Assembly (NCBI GenBank): GCA_934129745.1
Contig: CAKOWZ010000008.1
Span: 1 to 64,000 of the forward strand
Source of the DNA: an uncultured Clostridia bacterium
GTDB lineage: Bacteria > Bacillota > Clostridia > TANB77 > CAG-508
DNA: 64,000 nt
Reading direction: 5' to 3'
Under the pieces are notes generated by a model. The model was not told where the DNA came from and searched no databases. It saw only the letters and a list, made by a program, of their open reading frames with translations. Below, piece after piece: positions 51,704 to 61,662 of this stretch. The stretch's first letter is position 1; each line of letters starts with the position of its first letter. The position numbers and the translations under genes are program-made.

Positions 51704-52019
51704 AAAGTACATTCGAGGGGAATAATATGCAAGAAGGTAGCAATATTCGTGGTAAAAATATGCAAAAATGAAAAAATAGCAATTACTTATTGACTTTTGG
51801 GAGGAATATTAATAAAAATTCCTTGCGAAAGTCAATAAATTTATAAAGAATGTGAATAAAATTATTTTGAAAAAATTGTTAAAAATAAGTCAAATGTGAA
51901 ATTATACACTAAAAGTGCCTCGAAAAATGTGAAAGTTTGCACAAAAAGTGCCTTAAAAAACGTGAAACTCTGTTGACAGAACATTTAATTTATACTACAA
52001 TAAGTATGGAGGCGAGCAA

Positions 52020-53324
52020 ATGAAAAGAAAAATATATAAAGATTTAGTTGATTGGAAAGATAGGGGAATGAAAAAAGCTTTAATGGTTATTGGAGCAAGA
52101 CAGGTTGGAAAAACATACATAATAGAAGAATTTTGTAAAAATGAATTTGAAAATTATGTTTCAATAAACATGTTAGATCATCCTGAAATTACAGAGCTTT
52201 ATAAACAAAACATATCATCTGAAGAAAAGTATATAAGACTATGTGCTAATTTAAATATAAATCCAAATCTAGAAAATACCATAATATTTTTTGATGAAAT
52301 TCAAGAAAGTGAAGAACTTATTTCAGCACTAAAATGGTATTGTGAGTCAGAAAAGCCATTTAAAGTAATTTGTGCAGGAAGTCTTTTAGGTGTTAAACTA
52401 AAAAGATTTCATAGTTCGTTCCCAGTTGGTAAAGTAGAGCTACTTCATATGTATCCAATGGACTTGGAAGAATTTTTATTAACACAAAATTCTGGAGATT
52501 ACCTAACTAAATATATAAAGGAATGCTATGAGCAAAATAAGCCAATGGATAATGTAATGCACGAAAAATTAAAAGATTTATATAGAAAATATTTATGCGT
52601 TGGTGGATTACCAGAAGTTGTTAGTGAATTTTCTACAAATGATATGGACATTTTACAAATTAACAGGAAAACAATTGAAGATATTATATTGTCATATATA
52701 AATGATATGAATAAGTATGTAGATAACAAATTTGAAGCCGCAAAAAATGAAGCTATTTATAAATCAATACCTGTGCAAATTGGAAATAAATCAAATAAGT
52801 TCCAATATACAAAAATTGAAAAAAATGCAAGAAAGCGTGATTATGAAAGTTCACTAGAATGGTTGTTATCAAGCAATATGATATATAAGTGTAATTTGCT
52901 AAATAGCATAAATATACCACCAGAGGCATTTAAAAATGAGGATGTATTCAAAATATATATGGGAGATGTTGGTGTACTTAATACAATGTTAAAAATAAAT
53001 ACAAATGAAATATACTTAGATAAACCATTTATATATAAAGGCGATATTGCTAAAAATTATGTCGCAAATCAATTGATATTTAATAATGTTGCATTATATT
53101 ATTGGGCAACAGCAAGTAATTCAGAAATTGATTTTATTATATATAATGAGGATGGTATTATACCAATTGAAGTAAAAGCAAGTGATAATACACAATCAAA
53201 AAGTCTAAATGCTTATGTAAAAAAATACAATCCAAAATATTCAATTCGAGTATCAGGAAAGAATTTTGGATTTGAAAACGGAATAAAGTCAGTACCGCTT
53301 TATGCTGCATATTTAATTAAATAA
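52020..53324 (+). CDS. AAA-domain ATPase with a DUF4143 C-terminal domain (COG1373)
   Basis: Walker A GARQVGKT, Walker B IIFFDEIQ, DUF4143-type C-terminus. Confidence 0.75.
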   Translation: MKRKIYKDLVDWKDRGMKKALMVIGARQVGKTYIIEEFCKNEFENYVSINMLDHPEITELYKQNISSEEKYIRLCANLNINPNLENTIIFFDEIQESEELISALKWYCESEKPFKVICAGSLLGVKLKRFHSSFPVGKVELLHMYPMDLEEFLLTQNSGDYLTKYIKECYEQNKPMDNVMHEKLKDLYRKYLCVGGLPEVVSEFSTNDMDILQINRKTIEDIILSYINDMNKYVDNKFEAAKNEAIYKSIPVQIGNKSNKFQYTKIEKNARKRDYESSLEWLLSSNMIYKCNLLNSINIPPEAFKNEDVFKIYMGDVGVLNTMLKINTNEIYLDKPFIYKGDIAKNYVANQLIFNNVALYYWATASNSEIDFIIYNEDGIIPIEVKASDNTQSKSLNAYVKKYNPKYSIRVSGKNFGFENGIKSVPLYAAYLIK

Positions 53325-53491
53325 AAATTTTACAAAAGTAAAAGAATAAAAAGAGAAGTTGATTTTTAAAAGATTAACTTCTCTTCTTTGCGTTATGCAA
53401 GAAAGGAGTGGATAGGTTATACTAAATTAGACAAAAAAGATAAGGACATGTTATAATAAAATTTAAATAAAAGAATATGGAGGAATTAAAC

Positions 53492-53707
53492 ATGTCTAGA
53501 AGAGAAAGAAGAGAATTTACAGAAGAGTTTAAATTACAAATGGTAAAATTATATAATAGTGGAAAACCAGTCGTTGAAATAGTAAAAGAATATGATTTAA
53601 CACATTCTGCTTTTATGAACTGGATTCAAAAATATAATAAAACAGGATCTTTTAAAGCATGTGATAATAGAACTGAAGAAGAAAAAGAATTACTTAGATT
53701 AAATTGA
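53492..53707 (+). mobile_element. IS3-family transposase orfA, truncated, with no orfB
   Basis: MSRRERREFTEEFKLQMVKLYNSGKPVVEIVKEYDLTHSAFMNWIQKY is the IS3/IS911 OrfA HTH N-terminus. The ORF ends at 76 aa and no DDE-domain ORF follows. Confidence 0.65.
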
Positions 53708-53806
53708 AAAAATATAAAATTAATTATGCATATTGACAATAACAAAAAAAAAGTATAATATAAAAGTAAATACAAATGAGTAAAAAATAAAAGGAGATAA
53801 ACACAA

Positions 53807-53875
53807 ATGAAAAACATGAACCGCAAAGCCTTGAGGCTGTACACACACACACACACACACACGAGTATTTTATAA
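53807..53875 (+). CDS. tiny ORF (22 aa) containing an (AC)11 microsatellite
   Basis: RBS aaaggagat sits 7 nt before ATG 53807. MKNMNRKALRLYTHTHTHTSIL. (AC)11 at 53841-53862. Confidence 0.25.
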   Translation: MKNMNRKALRLYTHTHTHTSIL

Positions 53876-54180
53876 AAGAATAAAAAATAATAAACCAGAT
53901 AATAACCACATACAAAATCAATATAAAAAAATTTTTAATATTGATTTTATATGTGGTGTTTTGAGTTATAATCTTTTTAAGGTGAAAATGATTTGTTGAA
54001 GTTTATTAGAGAGTAACATAATTAAAGTATTTTATAAAAATATTATGTAAATACTTGACAAATAAGCTAAATCATGTTAACATAAAAATGTAACAAGGGA
54101 GTAATTAGTATATTCCTTAAAAAAGATTATATAGTAAAATCAACATTATGAGATTCGAAACTCTGGTTTTACTTTAAATA

Positions 54181-54291
54181 ATAAGACTTGTTATATATGT
54201 TAACATTACATATATCAACAAGTCTTTTTTGAATCTAGATAAAAAAGGAAAAGGTATATGTAATAAATTACATATACCTTTTTTACATAAA
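54181..54291 (+). terminator. two tandem rho-independent terminators
   Basis: aagacttgtt...aacaagtctt followed by a T6 run, then aaaggtatatgtaa-taaat-tacatataccttt followed by a T5 run. Confidence 0.55.
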
Positions 54292-54427
54292 AGTTTTGAA
54301 ACAATGTAAAACTGGCAGATATTAGATAAAATATCTTTTTATATTATAGTTCATTAATTAATATGTAAATGTTAATACAAAATTAAAAGATAAAAATTAA
54401 AATAATAATAGAAAGGGGAAATGAAAA

Positions 54428-54967
54428 ATGTTAACAAAAGCAAAAATGTTATATCAAGTAAAATTAATTTTAGACTATTTACCAGAGGAGGAATATAATC
54501 TTATACCAAAAGAAACAATCAATTACATAGAAGATAATTTTGAATATGATGAAAACATAAAAATTGATCCAAATATTCCATTAGAAAATCAAAATATAGA
54601 TGATAGTAGTTATAAATATTTGGAGAAAATTATAGCTGAAGCAGAAAAAAATCAAAAAGTAAGTAAAAATAAAGAATTGGAAGATTATATAAAAGATGTA
54701 AAAGAGTCTAATAAAAATTTTGAAACAAATGTTGAAAATATTAGGTTAAAAGAATTAGTTGAACTATTAAAAAAAGAAAATGGGAAAATTCCAAAGATAA
54801 AAAGTTTAGTAGAAGATTATAAAAATGCATTGGAAGAAAAAAATAAAAAAATTGAAGAGTTGAAAAAAAATAATAAATATTTGATAGAGTTGTTTAATAG
54901 AATTCCTAAGTTTATTAGAAAGTTTTTTATTAAAGAGGATATTAAATTATTGAATGAAGGAAAATAA
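54428..54967 (+). CDS. hypothetical 179-aa protein, paralog A1
   Basis: RBS aaagggga precedes ATG 54428. About 60% identical to 56670..57209. Confidence 0.6.
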   Translation: MLTKAKMLYQVKLILDYLPEEEYNLIPKETINYIEDNFEYDENIKIDPNIPLENQNIDDSSYKYLEKIIAEAEKNQKVSKNKELEDYIKDVKESNKNFETNVENIRLKELVELLKKENGKIPKIKSLVEDYKNALEEKNKKIEELKKNNKYLIELFNRIPKFIRKFFIKEDIKLLNEGK

Positions 54968-54990
54968 TTTTGGTTAAGGAGTGATGTATT

Positions 54991-56616
54991 GTGAATAAAG
55001 AGAATGTAGTTGATGCATATAATAAATTACTAAATGCAGTATTAGATTATTTTCAAGGAAATAAAGCTATAGATTATAAGCAGAGTAATTTAATAATGCA
55101 ATATGTTAAACAAAATGATGAAAGTGAAAAGTTAGTGAAAAGGAAAAAAATAGATAAAATTTTATTAAAAATAGATAAATTTTCTAGGGAAAAACATTAT
55201 ATCGCTATTCCAGATTATTACGATTTAGAAGAACTTGAAGGAAGTAGATTAAAGCATATTGGAGGAGATTATTTAGAAAAAAAAGAAATTCGTGATATGT
55301 TAGAAAAAAGAATTGATTCTAGAAGAAGTGGACCACGAAATAATATTTATGATTTTTTAAGATTCTTAATTAGTGATGTTAAATGTGAAAATAAAAAATT
55401 AACAAATGAAAAGAAACAACAACAAGAAGAAAAATCTCAAATAAGTGATGAACAAACTGTTAGAACAGATACATTTAATTTCAATTATTCTAATCCTAGA
55501 ACAAATTTATCAAAAAGTTATGAAAGAAAAGAAGATGTTGAAACTAAAAAGCGTATTGAAGAAAGAGAAGTAAATGATTTAGATACTGTAAAAGATATAA
55601 TGCTAAGAGAAGAAATTGCTTTTGATAAGTCGTTAGAGAAAGGATATGTTAGTTATTTTGAGTTAGGAGAATCATATACATTAGATGAGAAAAAAAGAAA
55701 AGAATATTTAACAGAAAATTTGAGTGTTACTACAAGTCAAAAACGTTTATCAGAAGAACATAAAAAGTTAGATAACAGTGCTGCTAGTAGTATGATTAGA
55801 GATGCAGAAGGAATAGAAGATTTAATTGTTCAAAATTTACTTAAAGTTAATTTTGATATGTCAAGACTCTCTGAATTGCATAAACAAACATTATTAAAAT
55901 CTAAATATAATCCTCATAGGCTTCTAGAACAATACAAAAAATTATATGATAAGTATTCTAAACAATTTGACAAAATTCCAGATAAAGAAAAAGAAAGAAT
56001 AAAAGTATTTTGTGAAAATAATGGTGTGGACTTTATACCTAGTCCAGAAGATATAATAGCAAAAATAAATTCTAGAATTCAAGAGAAAATGATTGAATAT
56101 AATGTTGGAATAAGACCAGATGATAGTGGAAAATTATGTGGAAGTTATGCGTTAACAACTTATATGAATCCTGAACAGATTGCAAGAACAGAGTATTTAA
56201 TTAAACAGAAAATAGAAAAACAAAACAAACCTATAATTGTTACAGAATATGATGTAGAACAGGAATGGAAAAAGGCTTGGAGACAAAATATTCCAGGAGT
56301 TTCAAAAAAATCTATAAGGAAAAAATTAGAAGAAGAATATGAAAGAGAAAATGAAGCAACATTAAGAATTAATAAAGAAAAACAAAGAAACTTGCAGTAT
56401 AATTATTCAGTTGCAATATCTGTAAAAGAAAAAATGGACAGACCTTTACCAGAAATATGTAGAGAAGTTTTGCATGAAGAGCCTATATTTGAAGAACCTA
56501 AAAAAGAAAAGAAGAACCAATCATTAATAGAAAAAGATAAAGTAAAGGGCTTCTCATTTGCGAGTATAAAACAAGCAATTAATAAAGCCTTAGGAAGAGG
56601 TGAGCATGATAGATAA
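54991..56616 (+). CDS. hypothetical 541-aa protein (partner of A1)
   Basis: GTG start 9 nt after RBS aaggag. Highly charged (KE-rich). No recognised domain. Confidence 0.55.
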   Translation: MNKENVVDAYNKLLNAVLDYFQGNKAIDYKQSNLIMQYVKQNDESEKLVKRKKIDKILLKIDKFSREKHYIAIPDYYDLEELEGSRLKHIGGDYLEKKEIRDMLEKRIDSRRSGPRNNIYDFLRFLISDVKCENKKLTNEKKQQQEEKSQISDEQTVRTDTFNFNYSNPRTNLSKSYERKEDVETKKRIEEREVNDLDTVKDIMLREEIAFDKSLEKGYVSYFELGESYTLDEKKRKEYLTENLSVTTSQKRLSEEHKKLDNSAASSMIRDAEGIEDLIVQNLLKVNFDMSRLSELHKQTLLKSKYNPHRLLEQYKKLYDKYSKQFDKIPDKEKERIKVFCENNGVDFIPSPEDIIAKINSRIQEKMIEYNVGIRPDDSGKLCGSYALTTYMNPEQIARTEYLIKQKIEKQNKPIIVTEYDVEQEWKKAWRQNIPGVSKKSIRKKLEEEYERENEATLRINKEKQRNLQYNYSVAISVKEKMDRPLPEICREVLHEEPIFEEPKKEKKNQSLIEKDKVKGFSFASIKQAINKALGRGEHDR

Positions 56617-56669
56617 AAATAATATAATAAAAAATTTAAATAATAATTAAATTAAGGAGGTGAATTTAA

Positions 56670-57209
56670 ATGTTAACTAAAGAGAAAGCATTATATCAAG
56701 TAAAATTGATATTAGATTATCTGCCACAGGAAGAATATGATTTAATACCACAAAATACTATCGATTACATAGAAGATAATTTTGAGTATGATGAAAATAT
56801 TACTATAAATCCTGATATGCCACTAGAGAAGCAAAATATTGATGAGGCAAGTTATAGATATCTAGAAAAAATAATAGCTCAGGTTGAAGAAAAAAGTAAA
56901 GATAGTGAAATAACAAACTATATTAGTAGCGTAGAAGAATCTAATAGAAATAATGATACAAATGAAGAAATTATAAGATTGAAAAACATAGTTGAAATTT
57001 TACAAAAAGAAAATGCAAAAATACCAAAAGTAAAAGATTTGGTTCAAGAATATAAAGATGAACTAGAGAAGAGAAATGAAGAAATAAAGATACTTAAAGT
57101 TAATAATAATTACTTGCAAAATCAGCTTAGTAAAATTCCTAAATTTATACGTAGGATTTTTATTAAGAAAGATGAAGTAAAATTACTAGAGGATGGAAAA
57201 ATAAATTAA
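56670..57209 (+). CDS. hypothetical 179-aa protein, paralog A2
   Basis: RBS aaggaggtg precedes ATG 56670. Shares MLTK.K.LYQVKLILDYLP.EEY.LIP..TI.YIEDNFEYDEN and the C-terminal IPKFIR..FIK.D motif with A1. Confidence 0.6.
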   Translation: MLTKEKALYQVKLILDYLPQEEYDLIPQNTIDYIEDNFEYDENITINPDMPLEKQNIDEASYRYLEKIIAQVEEKSKDSEITNYISSVEESNRNNDTNEEIIRLKNIVEILQKENAKIPKVKDLVQEYKDELEKRNEEIKILKVNNNYLQNQLSKIPKFIRRIFIKKDEVKLLEDGKIN

Positions 57210-57235
57210 TATAATATGAAAGGATTGATTTTATT

Positions 57236-58228
57236 ATGGAAGAAAGAAAAATAACGAGTAAAGAAGAAGCATTAAAAATAATTGCGGAGAATCCAAAGTG
57301 TATGATGAATCTAAGACTACTTAGTGAAGACCTAAGAGACGATATAGATGTTTTAAATGCCGCAATAAAATATGAGTGTTTACTTTTGAGTGATGTATCT
57401 GATAGAAAAAAGAATGACAAAAACTTTGTGTTAAGTGTAATAAGACAAACGTACCCTTCATCAGGACGTGCTTTAGAATGTATAAGTGAAGAGTTAAGAA
57501 ATGATAAAGATGTTGTTTTAGCAGCATTGCTTGCACCACTTCATGATGACATTGATCTTCTTGGTTATGTGAGTGAAGAGTTAAGAAGTGATAAAGATGT
57601 TGTTCTTGCAGCAGTTAGAACTGAAGGAACTAATTTATGTTATGCAAGTGAAGAGCTAAGAAGTGATAAAGGCGTTGTAGAAACTGCAGTAAAATCACAC
57701 AGAGGAGCTTTTAAGTATGCAAGCGAAGATTTAAGAGGTGATGATCGTATAGCATACTTCGCTATAAATAGTAGTAGAGGACGTTATGATTCGGTGCTAG
57801 AGTTTGCAAGTGAAGAATTAAGAGGAGATAAAGCTTTAGTCATGAATGCAGTTAGCGTAAAAGGTGGAGAATTAAAATTTGCAAGTGAAGCGCTACAATC
57901 AGATAGAGAAATTGCTGAGACTGCAATAAAAACTAATCCATACTCAATTGAATATGTAAATTCAGAAATTATAGATAGTGACTTAATTGAGCTAGCTTGG
58001 GAATCTTATAGACAAAAAGAAGAGGAAGATGCTAAATATGCTGAATTATATGGTGATTACGGACATTATTATGATGAAAATAATGAGGAATATGATACGA
58101 TAATGTCAGTACAAGAAAAATATAATGAAAGAATGAAAACGTCGAAACAAAAATCTGAAATATCAATGGAAGATATTAAGAGGGCTGTTAATGAACATAC
58201 AAAAGAAGTTGATATAAAAGATAGATAG
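57236..58228 (+). CDS. DUF4116-repeat protein (partner of A2)
   Basis: At least six tandem about 36-aa repeats of the form SEELR.DKDVVLAAV....L.YASEELR.DK, characteristic of DUF4116. Confidence 0.6.
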   Translation: MEERKITSKEEALKIIAENPKCMMNLRLLSEDLRDDIDVLNAAIKYECLLLSDVSDRKKNDKNFVLSVIRQTYPSSGRALECISEELRNDKDVVLAALLAPLHDDIDLLGYVSEELRSDKDVVLAAVRTEGTNLCYASEELRSDKGVVETAVKSHRGAFKYASEDLRGDDRIAYFAINSSRGRYDSVLEFASEELRGDKALVMNAVSVKGGELKFASEALQSDREIAETAIKTNPYSIEYVNSEIIDSDLIELAWESYRQKEEEDAKYAELYGDYGHYYDENNEEYDTIMSVQEKYNERMKTSKQKSEISMEDIKRAVNEHTKEVDIKDR

Positions 58229-58413
58229 TATATGAATTCGTATTTATGTTTCATTTAACGACAAAAACTGTATTATATTTCAAAAAATCTTCAAAATCTA
58301 TTCATTGACTATCGAATTTTAAGGTAGTATTATCTTAATATGAAAATATATATCAAACGGGAGAGCTAAAAAACGGCTCTTCTTTTTTGATGTTTTGAAA
58401 GGACAAAGGATAA

Positions 58414-58779
58414 ATGAAAGGAAGGAAACTAAAGACAAAAAATTTAGGCATTATACTTGCTTTTTTCATAGCAGTTATTTTATCTGCGATAATTTCAACA
58501 ATATTACATCTAATATTTACAAGAGTTCCAGAAGAAATAATAAATATTAGACCAAACACAATAATTAAAAGTCTATCAAGTAGTAAAGAGCATTTTGAAA
58601 TGTTTGTTTTAACAATAGTAGCTTTTATTCTATTAGCTTTTCTTACAATATTTAAAGTATTTGATTTGAAAGACTATAAGTCTAAAACATACAAAGTAAC
58701 GAACTGGATTGTCAACCCTTTTTTATACAATTTTTATAAGGACACTTTTAATAACATCATTAATTTTTCATTACGGTAA
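58414..58779 (+). CDS. hypothetical two-TM membrane protein, 3' end running into direct repeat copy 2
   Basis: RBS aaagga precedes ATG 58414. Two hydrophobic helices. Confidence 0.4.
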   Translation: MKGRKLKTKNLGIILAFFIAVILSAIISTILHLIFTRVPEEIINIRPNTIIKSLSSSKEHFEMFVLTIVAFILLAFLTIFKVFDLKDYKSKTYKVTNWIVNPFLYNFYKDTFNNIINFSLR

Positions 58780-59101
58780 TAAACTTAACTTATGTAAGTT
58801 TATTACCAATTACATATTATAATTTTCATTCATTGTGCAATTACGAAAATGGCATAAATCACTTCGTTTTTTATACATTTTCTTCATTGACAATCTAATA
58901 TGTTGTTCTTCTTATGGAAGACCACGAAGTAGAACATACAACTTTCTTCATTTTAAAAAGCTATTAAAAGAAAACAATCTTCCAGATATAAGATGGCATG
59001 ATTTAAGAGCAACTTATGCAACAATACTATTAAAGAATAATTTTAATTTAAAAGCAGTATCTAAAAAGTTAGGACATGCTACACAAATTATAACAGCAGA
59101 T
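58705..59101 (+). repeat. direct repeat copy 2 (about 400 bp) carrying a tyrosine-integrase 3' fragment
   Basis: Near-identical to 50450-50848. Confidence 0.85.
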
Positions 59102-59173
59102 GTTTATGCAGACAAAGAAGAACTGGTTGCTGATTGTGTTAATGATATAGAATCTTTTATAGCTGATGTATAA
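58907..59173 (+). pseudogene. tyrosine recombinase/integrase C-terminal fragment with the catalytic-Tyr region retained
   Basis: RWHDLRATYATILLKNNFNLKAVSKKLGHATQIITADVYADKEE. Only about 90 aa of the integrase 3' end remain. Confidence 0.6.
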
Positions 59174-59647
59174 CCTAAGAATGAAGATACGGTAGTGAAT
59201 GACTATACTGATATATCTAAAGATGTAAATAATAATGTTATAGATAGTTTTATAGATGATGTTACTTCTTTCGATATACCAGTTGTAAAGGAATATCATA
59301 AATCAAATGAAGAAATAGACATATTAGATAATTATATAGAAGAATTGTGTGTGTAGAAGCGGTAAAATATATATTGTTAAATTGCTTGTTCTGTGATATA
59401 ATGTTTATTATAGAAAAACAAATAACTTTATTTAGAATTATTTAGTATTACCTAGTAATATTTACTTGAAAAAAATAAAAAATGTGACCTAATTCGTAAA
59501 AAGGCAAAAAAATGAAAAAATTTGGTATTTAGAATTCCAAAAAGAATTCGGAAAAATTGTGAATTTTACGAATTTTAGGTTAATAAAGAACATAGTACAA
59601 AAATCACGGAAAAAGATTGAAATATCAATAAAAAAGGAAGTGAAAAC

Positions 59648-61595
59648 ATGTTTAAGTTACATTCAGATTACAAGCCAACAGGAGACCAACCACAAGCAAT
59701 TGAATACTTATCAAACGGAATTAAAGAAGGCAAGAAATTCCAGACGCTTCTAGGTGTTACGGGTTCAGGAAAGACCTTCACAATGGCTAACATAATACAA
59801 AAAGTACAAAAACCAACACTGGTACTTGCCCACAATAAGACTTTAGCTGGTCAGCTATACTCCGAATTCAAAGAGTTCTTCCCAGAGAACAATGTAGAAT
59901 ATTTCGTTTCATATTATGATTACTACCAACCAGAAAGCTATATTCCACAATCAGACACATATATAGAAAAAGACTCATCAGTGAATGATGAAATAGACAA
60001 ACTACGTCACTCAGCAACAGCATCATTATTTGAAACAAGAGATGTAATAATAGTAGCATCAGTATCATGTATATATGGATTACGGAGACCCAATTGATTA
60101 CGAAAATCTAATAATTTCTCTAAGACCAGGAATGCAAAAAAATAGAGATGAAGTTCTAAAAAAACTAATAAACATGCAATATACACGTAATGAATTAGAC
60201 TTCAAAAGAGGAACATTTAGAGCAAAAGGAGATATAGTAGAAATTTATCCATCAGACAGGGGAGAGAGTGCAATAAGAGTCGAATTTTGGGGAGATGAAA
60301 TAGAAAAAATATCAGAAATAAATCCATTAACAGGAAAAACAATAGGCATAAGAAATCATGTTATGATATTCCCAAATTCACATTATGCAACAACAAAAGA
60401 AAAAATGGAAAAAGCTGTAAAAACAATAGAAGCGGAGTTAAAAGAAAGAGTAGAATACTTCAAAAGTCAAGGCAAATTAATAGAAGCACAAAGAATAGAG
60501 GAAAGAACTAATTTTGACCTAGAAATGATGATTGAAACAGGGTTCTGCCAAGGAATAGAAAATTATTCAAGACATATAAGTGGAAGACCAGCAGGATCAC
60601 CGCCATATACATTGTTTGATTATTTACCAGATGATTTTTTACTATTAATAGATGAATCACATGCAACAATTCCACAAGTAAGAGCAATGTATAATGGTGA
60701 TAGAGCACGTAAAGAATCACTTGTAAATTATGGATTTAGATTATCATCAGCATTTGATAATAGACCATTAAAATTTGAAGAATTTGAAGAAAGAATTAAT
60801 CAAGTAATATTTGTAAGTGCAACACCAGCTGATTATGAAAAAGAACATTCTAAAGATAATGTTGTTGAACAAATTATTCGTCCAACAGGATTATTAGATC
60901 CGAAAATAGAAGTAAAACCAGTATCAAATCAAATTGATGATTTGATTTCACAAATTCATTTAACAGTCGAAAAAGGTGAAAGAGTATTAGTTACTACTTT
61001 AACTAAAAAAATGGCTGAAGATTTAACCTCATATTTATCAAGCTTAGATATAAAGGTGAAGTATATGCATTCAGATATTAAAGCATTAGAAAGAATGGAA
61101 ATTATTAGAGATTTACGTATGGGTGAATTTGATGTTTTAGTTGGCATTAATTTATTAAGAGAAGGTCTAGATATTCCTGAAGTATCTTTAGTAGCAATAT
61201 TAGATGCAGATAAAGAGGGATTTTTGCGTTCAGAACGTTCATTAATTCAAACAATAGGTCGTGCAGCAAGAAATACAGATGGTCGTGTTATAATGTATGC
61301 AGATGAGTTAACAGATTCAATGGATAAAGCAATTAGTGAAACAAATAGAAGACGTGAAATTCAAATGAAGTATAATGAAGAACATGGAATAACACCACAG
61401 ACAATTAAAAAATCTGTAAGAGATACAATTAAAGCAAGTATTGTGGAAGAGGCTCAGGAAGAATATCAATTAGATGAGAATATAAGTATTGAAGATTTGA
61501 TTAATAAGTTAACTGATGAGATGTTACAATATGCAGCTGCTATGGAGTTTGAAAAAGCGGCTGAAATTCGTGATAAGATAAAAGCTTTGGAATAG
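59648..61595 (+). pseudogene. uvrB: excinuclease ABC subunit B, apparently frameshifted by 1 nt
   Basis: Track ORFs 59648..60097 and 60075..61595 together give a full UvrB. VTGSGKTF Walker A in the first part, helicase motifs and the C-terminal UvrB/UvrC interaction motif in the second. The frame switches at ggattacggagaccc, where UvrB normally reads GL-GDP. Confidence 0.75.
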
Positions 61596-61626
61596 GTTTA
61601 GAGGATAATTATATAAAAGATAAAAA

Positions 61627-61660
61627 ATAGGCTCTCTTCTGTGTGAAGAGAGCCTATTAA
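61627..61660. terminator. bidirectional terminator
   Basis: aggctctcttc-tgtgt-gaagagagcct hairpin between convergent genes. Confidence 0.65.
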
Positions 61661-61662
61661 AA

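Noticed and set aside
53626-53921. Minus-strand ORFs 53626..53862 and 53724..53921 with CVCVCV tracts
   Set aside because: They are produced by reading the (AC)n microsatellite and AT-rich spacer on the opposite strand and have no RBS.
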